64,000 nucleotides of DNA, taken from positions 205,034,001 through 205,098,000 of the forward strand of contig NC_091289.1 in assembly GCF_032444005.1 (NCBI RefSeq), read 5' to 3'. Position 1 is the stretch's first letter, and each line of letters starts with the position of its first letter. Shown here piece by piece: positions 46,546-60,826 of this stretch. Made by a program: the position numbers and the translations under genes. The notes beneath the pieces were generated by a model. That model was given only the letters and a program-made list of their open reading frames with translations, was not told where the DNA came from and did not search any database. The stretch is from Ranitomeya imitator. Lineage: Eukaryota.

Positions 46546-48104
46546 GTTCTTACACATGGTGGATGTTTTGCCGGTTCTGATCACACGAGTGGTGTTGAGG
46601 AGGTTTCAGACCGTGCTTTTAATTTTTTGGGGGGTCAGAGATGACATCGAATAGCTAAATCAGTCCTGACATCTCCAAACACGCAGGGGGTATTGCCTTT
46701 CCAGACGTCTGGAGATATTACTTGGCCGTGCACCTTAGAAGGATGCCAGCTTGGGCCTCCTTGCGGGCTTATAGCAAATGGGGAGAAATGGAGAAACTTT
46801 GGATGGCTCCAGTGCATCCCAATTCATTGCTATGGGGAGATGGGAGTACATGCCTCTCGGTGCCTCTGCTGGCCTCTATGGCATTTACTATGACAATTTG
46901 GAGCATAAGCAGCAAGGCCTTTCCACTGATCTCCCACAAGTCCCCTATGATCTCCTTCCTTTTTACACCCTCCATACCTGATAGTCTTACTGCAGCTATG
47001 ATGGAACCATGGCTTCCTATCTGGCAGGTCATATGGTCTAAGGCAATTAAAGCGTCACAATGCCTAATACAAAAGGAAAATCAGTCCAGGATTCTGATGT
47101 ATTGGTGTCATATGCCGGAGGTTTTCCATAATGTTAACCCTGCCCCATCGGATAGATGCTGGAGGTGTCTGTGGGCTCATTGCCACCTATATTCTGGGAT
47201 TGCCAGGCTATATTCCCATTCTGGAAGAGAGTACAGGGGACGATTTCTCAAGTGTTGGATCTAGAGGTTCCTCTGGATCCTGTGATTTATCTGCTTAATG
47301 TCTCCCCCCCTTATACCTATGAGAAAGGGTCCTGCCAGGCTGCTCCTCCATATCCTAACATCAGCAAAGTGTCTAATAGTCTCCTACTTGAAGAAACGGT
47401 CTGCTCCTTCCATGAAAAAACTCCGAAGATTAAAGAAATGAGATGTATGGACAATCTTGCGGCCTATATTAATAATCAACTTGATTTGTTTAATCGCATC
47501 TGGGCTCCACGGGATGACTATGGAACTAACCAACTGATGTGACCTGCCTTTTTTCTTTCATGTTTTCCCCTCCCTAACTTTTCTCCTATCCTACCCTTGT
47601 ATGATAAATTAGATGTTTGACCTCATTTTAGTAGGAGCTGCAGTGCTGCACACTGTGCCACTGGAAGAAACATCTAAAATGTTTTGCATAATTTTGCTAC
47701 AACAATACTTGTGTTTATGATGTTATTTCTACAAGAAAAAGGAAAATCTTTGAAAACTAAACAGTTTTTTTTTTTTAAAGATATATAAAAGATATGTGCA
47801 AAACAGAAAGAAACAAAAACACAAATCAGAAAGAAGGAAGTGAAAATGATGAATGTACAAACTGGAAAGTAGTAAACGGGAAACAAAAAAATATATTATT
47901 TACATAGGAAATGGAAAAAAAATAAGAAAAAAGGAAACAAACATATACAGAATAGAAGGAAATGAAAACATGCAAAAAAGAAAAATGAAGGAAACAAAAA
48001 ACACACAAAAAAGAAGGAAACGATAAACAAATAAAAGGCTACGTGCCCACGGCGACTGCCTGGTAAAGCGCCCCATAAAATAAACATAATGCTCCAAATA
48101 TAGC

Positions 48105-50878
48105 ATCAACTGATCTTCACTGTCCTATTAAAGGAGTAGAAGAATCCAGGATATCTATAAACAGAAAGATAGTGAGGAAACACTTAGCTATAGCTAACAT
48201 AAATAAATTCAAGTCTCCAGGTCTATATGAATTACACCCCAAAGAACTGAAGGAGATAACAGAAGAAATTTTTGAACCACTCTCCATAATCTTTGAAAAT
48301 TCTTGGAGAACAGGAAAAGTCCCAAAAGACTGGAGAAGAGTAAATATCGTTCCTAACTTCAAAAAGGGGCAGAAGGTGGACCCAGGGAACTATAGGCCGG
48401 TGAGTCAGATTTCCATACCAGGAAAGATCTTTGAGCAATTTATTAAACAACATGTATGTGCAGCACCCCAGGTAGCCAGTTGCTGCACTGAAGTTTCCTT
48501 CCCTTCGGGGAGGATGATGTCACACTTGGAGCCAAGGGGGGTTCTTCCTATCGGGTAAGGCACTTACATTCAACACATCTAAATCTAGGCCAGGAGGGGG
48601 AGCTCTGAACCCGGATTTAGGGGAGCTTCCTTACACTTTATGTATCCTGGTCTGGAGGAGGAGCCAGTCAGTCTTTGTGAGTCTGAGGGAGACAGAGGAG
48701 GGAGACAGTTGGTCTCCAGGAGCAGAAAGACGCCTGGAACAGATGTAGGGGCTGAGCAGCCATGAGGGAGCTGCTACCCCTAGAAAGCGAGAATTAGAAG
48801 GAGAGTAGAATTGTAAAGGAGCTGAGAGGGAAGAAGCACAGTGGAGGAAAGGGCCCAGGAGGGGAACAGTGGAAGGACACCCTAAGAGCCAGAGCATAGA
48901 AGCCGGTTACCGGGAGCCCGAGGTCGTGTTGTTCTCCAGGATGCGCAACAGAACAAGAGGGCATAGTACTATATGTCAATTGCCTGTAACAAGTCGGAGG
49001 TGAAGCAGTGTCCTTAAGAGCCGGGTCATCTAAGAGATCCTATAAACAGGCTCAAACTGCCTATCATACAGACATCTGTCTTAGGACAAGAGAGAGGGGA
49101 ACCTGTCAGCAAGCTTTAAGCCGCAGGGACCTCACCATCTAGCATAAGTAGGAAAGGCTTATGGACCTCACCTGAAGTGGGCCCTTATTGCCTCCAAGCC
49201 GGCCTGACTACAGCTACCCTACATCTGGTACCCTAGACTGAGGACTGCTACCATCAGGTAAAAGACTTTGCAAACCTGTGTCCTCGTTCTTTGTTCATTC
49301 ATCGGCTTACACCATCTTGCCATACACCTGAGAAGCCCTGGAGTTCCCACTTCCTCTGTGGGAAGTGTTACCATCTAGCCGCCCTACCATCCCCCCAGAA
49401 GACCCCTTAAGCGGTGTCGGTCCCAACTGACCGAACACCACAGGTGGCGCCACAAACAGACATTACAAATCCCCTTAAAGACCTTTCCCTTTAATTGGGC
49501 ACCCAGTGCCACGGACCGGGTCGCAGCCACCATGACATCCCCTTTAATAGCGACCGGACCCAGTGCCGAGTACCCTGCTGCTCTGGTAGGGTGATCCATG
49601 TGTAAGTACCTGGATAAGAATGAAGTTATTAACCAGAGTCAGCATGGGTTTGTAACTAATAAGTCATGTCAGACTAACTTAATTTCCTTCTATGACAGAA
49701 TCACTGACTTGGTGGATCAGAGAAATGCTGTAGATATAGTATATCTTGACTTCAGCAAAGCATTTAACAAAGTATCTCACACCGTCCTTATTGAAAAATG
49801 ACTAAGTATGGAATGGACAAGGCAACTGTTAGGTGTATTCATAACTGGCTTAGTGATCGGACCCAAGGAGTGGTCATAAATGGCTGCACATCCATTTGGA
49901 AGAATGAATCAAGTGGGGTACCACAGGGCTCTGTCCTGGGCCCTGTATTGTTCAACATATTTATCAGTGATTTAGATGTAGAAATTGAGGGTAAACTGAT
50001 TAAATTTGCTGATGACACAAAGCTAGGAGGGAGAGCTAATACTAGAGAAGAGAGAGAGCGGATTCAAAAATATATAAATACACTGGAGCAGTGGGCAGCA
50101 ACTAACAGAATGGTTTTTAACAAGGTAAATGTAAAGTAATACATCAGGGCAATAAAAATGAAAAAAGCATTTACAGAATGGGAGGAATAGGGCTAAGCAA
50201 CAGCACATGTGAAAAAGATTTGGGCATACTAATAGATCATAAACTGAACATGAGTCAACAGTGTGATGCAGCAGCAAAAGAGGTAAATGCAATTCTGGGA
50301 TGTATTAATAGAAGCATACAGTCTAGATCACGTGAAGTCATTATCGCCCTCTACTCCTCTTTTGTCAGACCTCATCTGGAATACTGTGTCCAGTGTTGGG
50401 CACCATATTTAAAAAAAGAAATCAACAAACTGGAGCAAGTTCAGAGAAGAGCAACCAGAATGGTGACTGGTCTGCAAACCATGTCCTATGAGGAACGGTT
50501 ACAGGATCTGGGATTGTTTAGCTTGTAAAAAAGAAGACTGAGAAGAGACTTAATAGCTGTCTACAAATAACTCAAGGGTTGTCACATTGTAGAAGGGTCA
50601 TCTTTATTCTCATTTGCACAAGGAAAGACTAGAAGCAATGGGATGAAACTGAATGGGAGGAGACACAGATTAGATATTAGAAGGGTGACAGTGAGGGTGA
50701 TCAATGAGTGGAACAGGCTGCCACGAGAGGTGGTGAGTTCTCCTTCCATGGAAGTTTTTAAACAAAGGCTGGACAGACATCTGTCTGGGATAATTTAGTG
50801 AATCCTGCTTTGAGCAGGGGTTGGACCAGATGACCCAGGAGGTCCCTTCCAACTCTACCATTCTAAGATTCTATGATT
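48105..50878 (+). mobile_element. Older CR1 (second family), RT region to (attctatg)n tail
   Basis: KSPG...HP, YRPVS, QHGF, YLDFSKAF, GVPQGSVLGP, FADD with stops; split by a solo LTR. Confidence 0.9.
48459..49598. mobile_element. Solo Gypsy LTR inserted in CR1
   Basis: TG...CA termini; flanks tatg / tgtg; CR1 frame QHVC|KYLD resumes after it. Confidence 0.8.
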
Positions 50879-53800
50879 CCACAGCTTCATGTCAACAATG
50901 CTCTATGCGTGATCGGTGTTATGTCTCATTTCTTACCAGCCTTAGAGTTCAGAACTCATGATGCGGCTAACAGAAGTGACGTGCTCGCTCTTTGGGCCAC
51001 AGCTTCCTAGCTCCATACTTATCAGTATAGAATAAAGCCGCCACCATCGAAGAACGACAACATAGTCACAGGCAAAGTCGCTTCAGGAAATCGGCCATCA
51101 ATGTCTTCCTAAAGCGGCTGCACCTGGGAAAATTCAATGACTGGGCTGGTATCTAAAAAATGCTGTGTACATAACTCAAAAGGGAGAAAACCTTATCTAA
51201 TAAGTAGAAGAAAAGCACGAATGCAAATAAGAAGTGAGAAGTAGCAACAACTAGCGCCCATAGATCCAGAGATCGCTTATGTTATTATATTGGGGACATT
51301 CCAGTTTCCAGAAGTTTCTTGAAGTTTGAGGCTGATGGAAAGCGGTGGCCCCTTCATGGATTGGCTTATCCTTCCCTGATGGTCCTTCCCTGATGACACT
51401 TCCCTGGTGGTCCTTTTCTGATGACCCTGGACTGGACGTAGCTTAGATGGGGCTGATTTCTGCACATCTTTGAGTGTGGATTTGCTTTTCTTGGTTGATG
51501 TAATTAACTCTGTTCCATCAGTGGGAGGCTCAGAGTCGCTCAGTGCAGAGTCCATTTATCTCTGTGCATATGCTATATGTGTGGGACTTAATGACACGTA
51601 GCAGCAATCCATCATGTCGCCTCTTGTCAGACCTTTAATACACAGCAATCTCTTTCTGATTAATGTTGTTACAGTGAGACGGTGATTTCACTTCTTAGAA
51701 GATACAATTTGCTGCTGACCCCACAATATCCATGTACTTTTCTTTATGAAGGGGAACAGACTAGATATCACCCCCAGCGTCATTGGAAGATTTACCCTGC
51801 ATGGGACTAAATACCTCAGAAACTGGGAAAGATCCACGCTGGAGTGGGGGTCCAGACCTCCTTCAGATTACTGAGCTGGGCAGTCTCTCATAAATCTAAA
51901 GCCAAAACTGATGGGATAAAATTGTCTGGAAGGTTGGCAGGCGGCGAGGACCACGAGGGGAACTCTATGGTGACAAGCGAGTCACCAGTGGCTGCCATCA
52001 TATATCGTGACTGTATGGGCATGAAATCATCCAGAACTTGTATGTCCTTACTGGCCTCACACTGGAGTTGCCCTCTCCTGCCTGTGAGATGATGAAGGGG
52101 CAGAATTAGCATTGAAAGGCTTTTCGCACATCTAACAAGCAGTAAACAAATCGGCTTGGGGTAATTAATGCAGTCTCAGAAAGGACCATTTGGAGCAAAT
52201 TAGTGTCCTGTGGAGCTGCATTAGGAAGAACATTGCATGTCAGGGAGAGGATTGTTGAGCTCTGGCTTGTGGCCATCATTGAGCTTTTCTACCTCCAACT
52301 CGGCATGCACACTTGATCCCAGCAAGAGATCATTAACTTCCAGTGTAGGATAAACTGGAGTCTCATCTGGGCTTAAGACATTGAAAATCTAGAGACAGGC
52401 AGTAGGAGCACAGCTGGGACGCCGCTCAATGCACAGACAGAAATTGGGCAGATCTTGAGCAGCAGGAGGGTGGGGGACAATTACCATGAATGGATTGAGA
52501 AAAGAGCATGACAAGTTAAGTGGGATTTGGTCCTCCTCATTATACCTTCCACCCATAAACACGCTCCCCCCTAGAATAAGACACATGACTGCTTGAATTC
52601 AATGGCCACAGCAGCATTTTATTAAATATGTGCATAACCAAACAGGAATGCCAGCAACAAATGGCGACCCGACAACAAATAAATACAGTAAACATTTATT
52701 AACAATTACATACAGGCACTTTGAAAAGTGACGATCTGTTTCACTCAACCCTACCACACGCGGAACCAAATCCTAAAACCTGCCAAACTGAAAACAGGAT
52801 AATGTGACAGCTACTTCGTTATTCACCCCAGGCACATGTTTTGTCACCACACACACATTGAGCTCCAAAACATCGCAATACCAATTAGTGCAAGTACACT
52901 ACCAATGGCAAAGACTTTGCAGATAGAGAATTGACCCGACAGGTTATCACAGTGAAAACACACTTTCTTGTTCTTAAATTGCAACCCCCAAAGTTCCACC
53001 ACCACTATTATTGGAAAGATTTCCAACAATGACAATTTTTTTTACCAATGCCAAGTCACTGGCCAATGGCCAGCATACCAATGACCCTGAAAAAATGCCC
53101 CAAAACTAACTGGCCACATGCCATACCACTTTCTCCATCCACAGAGAGCTTCCATTGTACCTTGTTAAATAAGGATCTCCTACTGCCATGTCAGCTTTTA
53201 CTTCCTGACCGACTCACAAAATGCCCTGTGGACTTTATTCCCGCTATTGCAACCTCCAAACACCTAAAAAAAATTCGTCCCATGGGCATAATCTGGCAAT
53301 CAAAATTGAGTTCCCCCAATAGCGACTAAACCTCTCTCAAAAGCACTTTTTTTAGCCAGCTTCAATGCTACAACCGCTAACCTCAGATTAACCTCAGATT
53401 ATCCTCGGGAAACCTACAGAGGGTGCGGAAAGTATTCAGACCCCTTGAAATTTTTCACTTTTTGTTTCATTGCAGCTATTTGATAAATTCCCAAAAGATA
53501 ATTTTTCACATTAATGTTACACTCTGCACCTCATCTTGACTTTAAAAAAACAGAAATGTAGATTTTGTTTTGCTAATTTAATAAAAAATAAAACCTGAAA
53601 TCTCACATGGTTATAAGTCTTCAGACCCTTTGCTCAGACACTCATATGTAAGTCACATGTTGTCCATTTCCTTGTGATCCTCCCTGAGATGGTTCTTCTC
53701 CTTCATTGGAGTCCAACTGTGTGTAATTAAACTGATAGGACTTGATTTGGAGCGGCGCACACCTGTCTATATAAGACCTCACAGCTCACAGCGCATGTCA

Positions 53801-54217
53801 GACCAAACGAGAATCATGAGGCCAAAGGAACTGGCCAAGAAGCTCAGAGACAGAATTGTGGCAAGGCACAGATCTGGCCAAGGTTACAACAGAATTTCTG
53901 CAGTACTTAAGGTTCCTAAGAGCACAGTGGTCTCCATAACCCTTAAATGGAAGAAGTATGGAACCACCAGAAGTCTTCCTAGACCTGGTCGTCCAGCCAG
54001 ACTGAGCAATCGTGGGAGAAGAGCCTTGGTGAGAGAGTTAAAGAAGCACCCCAAGATCACTGTGGCTGAGCTCCAGAGATGCAGTAGGGAGATAGGAGAA
54101 AGTTCCACAAAATCAACTATCACTGCAGCCTCCACCAGTCGGGCCTTTATGGCAGAGTGGCCCGACAGAAGCCTCTCCTCAGCGCAAGAGATATGAAAGC
54201 CGCATAGAGTTTACTAA

Positions 54218-54421
<204 letters not shown>

Positions 54422-56228
54422 TGACGACTGGTTGTCATAGAAGGAAACATGAATGTGGCCAAGTACAGAGAGATCCTGGATGAAAACCTCTTCTCTGCTC
54501 TGGACCTCAGACTTGGTCGAAGGATCACCTTCCAACAAGACAATGACTCTAAGCACACAGCTAAAATAACAAAGGAGCGGCTTCAGAACAACTATGTGAC
54601 CATTCTTGACCGACCCAGCCAGAGCCCTGACCTAAACCCAATGGAACATCTCTGGAGAGACCTGAAAATGGCGTCCACCAATGTTCACCATCCAACCTGA
54701 CGGAACTGCAGAGGATCTGCAAGGAAGAATGGCCGAGGATCCCCAAATCCAGGGGTGAAAAACTTGTTGCATCATTCACAAGAAAAGTCATGGCTGTACT
54801 AGCTCAAAAGGGGCTTCTACTCAATACTGAGCAAAGGGGCTGAACACTTATGACCATGTGAGATTTCAGTTTCTCTTTTTTAACCCCTTAATCCCATATG
54901 ACGTACTATCCCGTCGAGGTGGGGTGGGCCTTAATTCCCACCGACGGGATAGTACGTCATAGCGATCGGCCGCGCTCACGGGGGGAGCGCGGCCGATCGC
55001 GGCCGGGTGTCAGCTGCCTATCGCAGCTGACATCTGGCACTATGTGCCAGGAGCGGTCACAGACCGCTCCCGGCACATTAACCCCGGTACACCGCCGGCG
55101 GTGCAAGGAAGCATCGCGCAGGGAGGGGGCTCCCTGCGGGCTTCCCTGAGACGATCGGTACACGGTGATGTACTCACCGTGTACCGAGCGTCTTCTCCCT
55201 GCAGGCCCCAGATCCAAAATGGCCGCGGGGCTGCATCCGGGTCCTGCAGGGAGTACTTCCGGGTCAGGAGCAGGCTGCAGCTGCAGCTCTAATCCTGCCC
55301 GGCCTTTTGTCAGATCACCAATCTGACAGAGTGCTGTGCTCACTGTCAGATCAGTGATCTGTGATGTCCCCCCCTGGGACAAAGTGAAAGAGTAAAAAAA
55401 AAAATTTCCACACGTGTAAGAAAAAAAAAAAAAACCTAAATAAAGAAGAAAAAAAAAATATTATTCCCATAAATACATTTCTTTATCTAAAAAAAAAAAA
55501 AAAAGTACACATATTTAGTATCGCCGCATTCGTAACGACCCGACCTATAAAACTGACCCACTAGTTAACGAGCCAAAAAACAACGCTTTATTATCATACC
55601 GCCGAACAAAAAGTGGAATAACACGCGATCAAAAAGACGTATATAAATAAACATGGTACCGCTGAAAACGTCATCTTGTCCCGCAAAAAACGAGCTGCCA
55701 TATACCATCATAACCAAAAAAATAAAAAAGTTATAGTTCTCAGAATAAAGCGATGCCAAAATAATTATTTTTTTCTATAAAATAGCTTTTATCGTATAAA
55801 AGCGCCAAAACATAAAAAAATGATATAAATGAGGTGTCGCTGTAATCGTACTGACCCGAAGAATAAAACTGCTTTATCCATTTTACCAAACGTGGAAAGG
55901 TATAAGTGCCTACCCCAAAAGAAATTCATGAATAGCTGGTTTTTGGTCATTCTGCCTCACAAAATATCGGAATAAAAAGCGATCAAAAACTGTCACGTGT
56001 CCAAAAATGTTACCAATAAAAACGTCAACTCGTCCCGCAAAAAACAAGACCTCACATGACTCTGTGGACCAAAATATGGAAAAATTATAGGTCTCAAAAT
56101 GTGGAGACGCAAAAACTTTTTTGCTATAAAAAGCGTCTTTTAGTGTGTGACGGCTGCCAATCATAAAAATCCGATATAAAAAACGCTATAAAAGTAAATC
56201 AAACCCCCCTTCATCACCCCCTTAGTTA

Positions 56229-56584
56229 TGCTAGGTTCACATTGCGTTAATGGGTTAACGCTAACGGACAGCGTTGCACGGCAAAAATGTCGCAATTAAC
56301 GCCGTGCAACGGGTCCGTTAGCGCACCCATTGACAGCAATGTGATTTTCGGGTGTAGCGCATCACTAGAGCGTGCCATTTTCGGCTCGCGCTAGCAAGGT
56401 GCCGTTCTTTTGTGGCGCGCCTCGGACGCTGCTTGCAGCATCCGCGGCGCGCTCGAGGTCCGATCCCCGATCTTCCAGAGCGGGGACGTTAACGCAACCA
56501 CTAAACGCGACACCTAAAAAGACATTGCGTTAGCGCAATCCGCTAGCGCTAAACGGATTGCCCTAACGCAATGTGAACCTAGCC
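56229..56584. mobile_element. Harbinger-type MITE
   Basis: TIRs gctaggttcacattgcg / cgcaatgtgaacctagc; TTA TSD. Confidence 0.85.
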
Positions 56585-56630
56585 TTAGGGAAAAATTTTA
56601 AAAAATGTATTTATTTCCATTTTCCCATTA

Positions 56631-56790
56631 GGGTTAGGGCTAAAGTTAGGGTTAGGGCTAGGGTTAGGGTTTGCATTACATTTACGGTTGGGATTAGGGT
56701 TGGGATTAGAGTTAGGGGTGTGTCAGGGTTAGGTGTGTGGTTAGGGTTACAGTTGGGATTAGGGTTAGGGGTGCGTTTGGATTAGGGTTT
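56631..56790 (+). repeat. Degenerate (TTAGGG)n-like tract
   Basis: gggttagggctaaagttagggttagggctagggttaggg... Confidence 0.75.
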
Positions 56791-58400
56791 CATTTATAAT
56801 TGGGGGGGTTTCCACTGTTTAGGCACATCAGGAGCTCTCCAAACGCGACATGGCGTCCGATCTCAATTCCAGCCAATTCTGCATTGAAAAAGTAAAACAG
56901 TGCTCCTTCACTTCCGAGCTCTCCCGTGCGCCCAAACAGGGGTTTACCCCAACATATGGGGTATCAGCGTACTCGAGACAAATTGGACAATAACTTTTTG
57001 GGTCCAAGTTCTCTTGTTATCCTTGGGAAAATAAAAATTTGGGGGGCTAAAAATCATTGTTGTGGGGAAAAAAAAGGATTTTTTTATTTTCACGGCTCTG
57101 CGTTGTAAACTGTAGTGAAACACTTGGGGGTTCAAAGTTTTCACAACACATCTAGATAAGTTCCTTGGGAGGTCTAGTTTCCAATATGAGGTCACTTGTG
57201 GGGGGTTTGTACTGTTTGGGTACATCAGGGGCTCTGCAAATGCAACGTGACGCCTGCAGACCAATCCATCTAAGTCTGCATTCCAAATGGCACTCCTTCC
57301 CTTCTGAGCTCTGCCATGCGCCCAAACAGTGGTTCCCCCCACATATTGGGTATCAGCGTACTCAGGACAAATTGGACAACAACTTTTGAGGTCCAATTTA
57401 TTCTGTTACCCTTGTGAAAATACTAAAAAATAATTTTGTCGAAAAAAAAACAAAAGTATTTTCACGGCTCTCATTATAAACTGTAGTGAAACACTTGGGG
57501 GTTCAAAGCTCTCAAAACACATCTACATAAGTTCCATAGGGGGTCTAGTTTCCAAAATGGTGTCACTTGTGGGGGGTTTTAATGTTTAGGCACATCAGGG
57601 GCTCTCCAAACCAACATGGCGTCCCATCTTAATTCCAGTGAATTTTGCATTGAAAAGTCAAATGGCGCTCCTTCCCTTCCGAGCTCTGCTATGCGCCCAA
57701 AAAGTGGTTTACCCCCACATATGGGGTATTGTCGCACTCAGGACAAATTGCACAACAACTTTTGTGGTCTAATTTCTTCTCTTACCCTTGGTAAAATAAA
57801 AAATTGGGGGCGAAAAGATCATTTTTGTGAAAAAATATGATTTTTTATTTTTACGGCTCTGCATTATAAACTTCTGTGAAGCACTTGTTGGGTCAAAGTG
57901 CTCACCACACATCTAGATAAGTTCCTTAAGGGGTCTACTTTCCACAATGGTGTCACTTGTGAGGGGTTCCAATGTTTAGGCACATCAGGGCTCTTTAAAC
58001 GCAACATGGCGTCCCATCTCAATTCCAGTCAATTTTGCATTGAAAAGTGAAATGGCGCTCCTTTTCTTCCGAGCTCTGCCATGCGCCCAGTGGTTTACCC
58101 CCACATATGGGGTATCGTCGCACTCAGGACAAATTGCACAACAACTTTTGTGGTCTAATTTCTTCTCTTACCCTTGGGAAAATAAAAAATTGGGGGCGAA
58201 AAGATAATTTTTGTGAAAAAATATGATTTTTTATTTTTACGGCTCTGCATTATAAACTTCTGTGAAGCACTTTTTGGGTCAAAGTGCTCACCACACATCT
58301 AGATAAGTTCCTTAAGGGGTCTACTTTCCAAAATGGTGTCACTTGTGGGGGTTTCAATGTTTAGGTACATCAGGGACTCTCCAAACGCAACATGGCATCC

Positions 58401-59222
58401 TGTTGTGAATTCTGTTGTCAAGCTCCCTCCTGTGGTCATGAATAGTACTTCGGCTGGTTCTGTCCATGGGCTTCCTCTGGTGGGTGTGAGTGGAGCTGCG
58501 GCTTCTGAGTTTCCTTCTACAGGTGACTAGGTTAATTCGTTAGCTGGCTGCTCTATTTAACTCCACCTTGATCATTGCTCCATGCCACCTGTCAATGTTC
58601 CAGTATTGGTCTAGCTCTCTCCTGGATCGTTCTTGTGACCTGTCTTCCCAGCTGAAGCTAAGTTACTGCTTGTTTTTCTCTGGTTTGCTATTTTTCTGTC
58701 CAGCTTGCTATTTTGATTTTGTCTTGCTTGCTGGAAGCTCTGGGACGCAGAGGGAGCGCCTCCGCACCGTGAGTCGGTGCGGAGGGTCTTTTTGCGCCCT
58801 CTGCGTGGTCTTTTTGTAGGTTTTTGTGCTGACCGCAAAGTTACCTTTCCTATCCTCTGTCTGTTCAGTAAGTCGGGCCTCACTTTGCTAAATCTATTTC
58901 ATCTCTGTGTTTGTAATTTTCATCTTTACTCACAGTCATTATATGTGGGGGCTGCCTTTTCCTTTAGGGGAATTTCTCTGAGGCAAGGTAGGCTTTATTT
59001 TTCTATCTCTAGGGCTAGCTAGTTTCTTAGGCTGTGTCGAGTTGCATAGGGAGCGTTAGGAGCAATCCACGGCTATTTCTAGTGTGTGTGATAGGATTAG
59101 GGATTGCGGTCAGCAGAGTTCCCACGTCTCAGAGCTCGTCCTATGTTATTAGTAACTATCAGGTCATTCCGTGTGCTCTTACCCACTAGGTCCATTATTG
59201 TCCTAACCACCAGGTCATAACA
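58401..59222 (+). mobile_element. Solo chromoviral LTR (copy 1)
   Basis: TGTTGTGAATT...CATAACA; 6-bp TSD gcatcc. Confidence 0.9.
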
Positions 59223-60004
59223 GCATCCCATCTCAATTCCAGTCAATTTTGCATTGAAAAGTAAAATGGCGCTCCTTCCCTTCTGAGCTCTGCCATACGC
59301 CCAAACAATGGTTTACACCCATATATGGGGTATCAGCGTACTCAGGACAAATTGGACAACAATTTTTGAGGTCCAATTTCTTCTCTTACTCTTGAGAAAA
59401 TAAAAAATTGGGGGCGAAAAGATCATTTTTGTGAAAAAATATGATTTTTTATTTTTACGGCTCTGCATTATAAACTTCTGTGAAGCACTTGTTGGGTCAA
59501 AGTGCTCACCACACATCTAGATAAGTTCCTTAAGGGGTCTACTTTCCACAATGGTGTCACTTGTGAGGGGTTCCAATGTTTAGGCACATCAGGGCTCTTT
59601 AAACGCAACATGGCGTCCCATCTCAATTCCAGTCAATTTTGCATTGAAAAGTCAAATGGCGCTCCTTTTCTTCCGAGCTCTGCCATGCGCCCAGTGGTTT
59701 ACCCCCACATATGGGGTATCGTCGCACTCAGGACAAATTGCACAACAACTTTTGTGGTCTAATTTCTTCTCTTACCCTTGGGAAAATAAAAAATTGGGGG
59801 CGAAAAGATAATTTTTGTGAAAAAATATGATTTTTTATTTTTACGGCTCTGCATTATAAACTTCTGTGAAGCACTTTTTGGGTCAAAGTGCTCACCACAC
59901 ATCTAGATAAGTTCCTTAAGGGGTCTACTTTCCAAAATGGTGTCACTTGTGGGGGTTTCAATGTTTAGGTACATCAGGGACTCTCCAAACGCAACATGGC
60001 ATCC

Positions 60005-60826
60005 TGTTGTGAATTCTGTTGTCAAGCTCCCTCCTGTGGTCATGAATAGTACTTCGGCTGGTTCTGTCCATGGGCTTCCTCTGGTGGGTGTGAGTGGAGC
60101 TGCGGCTTCTGAGTTTCCTTCTACAGGTGACTAGGTTAATTCGTTAGCTGGCTGCTCTATTTAACTCCACCTTGATCATTGCTCCATGCCACCTGTCAAT
60201 GTTCCAGTATTGGTCTAGCTCTCTCCTGGATCGTTCTTGTGACCTGTCTTCCCAGCTGAAGCTAAGTTACTGCTTGTTTTTCTCTGGTTTGCTATTTTTC
60301 TGTCCAGCTTGCTATTTTGATTTTGTCTTGCTTGCTGGAAGCTCTGGGACGCAGAGGGAGCGCCTCCGCACCGTGAGTCGGTGCGGAGGGTCTTTTTGCG
60401 CCCTCTGCGTGGTCTTTTTGTAGGTTTTTGTGCTGACCGCAAAGTTACCTTTCCTATCCTCTGTCTGTTCAGTAAGTCGGGCCTCACTTTGCTAAATCTA
60501 TTTCATCTCTGTGTTTGTAATTTTCATCTTTACTCACAGTCATTATATGTGGGGGCTGCCTTTTCCTTTAGGGGAATTTCTCTGAGGCAAGGTAGGCTTT
60601 ATTTTTCTATCTCTAGGGCTAGCTAGTTTCTTAGGCTGTGTCGAGTTGCATAGGGAGCGTTAGGAGCAATCCACGGCTATTTCTAGTGTGTGTGATAGGA
60701 TTAGGGATTGCGGTCAGCAGAGTTCCCACGTCTCAGAGCTCGTCCTATGTTATTAGTAACTATCAGGTCATTCCGTGTGCTCTTACCCACTAGGTCCATT
60801 ATTGTCCTAACCACCAGGTCATAACA
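60005..60826 (+). mobile_element. Solo chromoviral LTR (copy 2, from a 1604-bp tandem duplication)
   Basis: Same sequence, same TSD and same flanks as 58401-59222, at offset 1604. Confidence 0.9.

Larger units (their letters stand above)
45340..47760 (+). pseudogene. Decayed L1 ORF2 (RT to C-terminal Cys-rich domain)
   Basis: NGSRQG..LSP, KLSLFA, KYLGISL, LSRWSKLPLSLFGRAKLLKM, DRCWRC...FWDC motifs. Confidence 0.8.

Noticed and set aside
47760-48100. A-rich tract and its Phe-rich ORFs
   Set aside because: Low-complexity sequence; no supportable feature.
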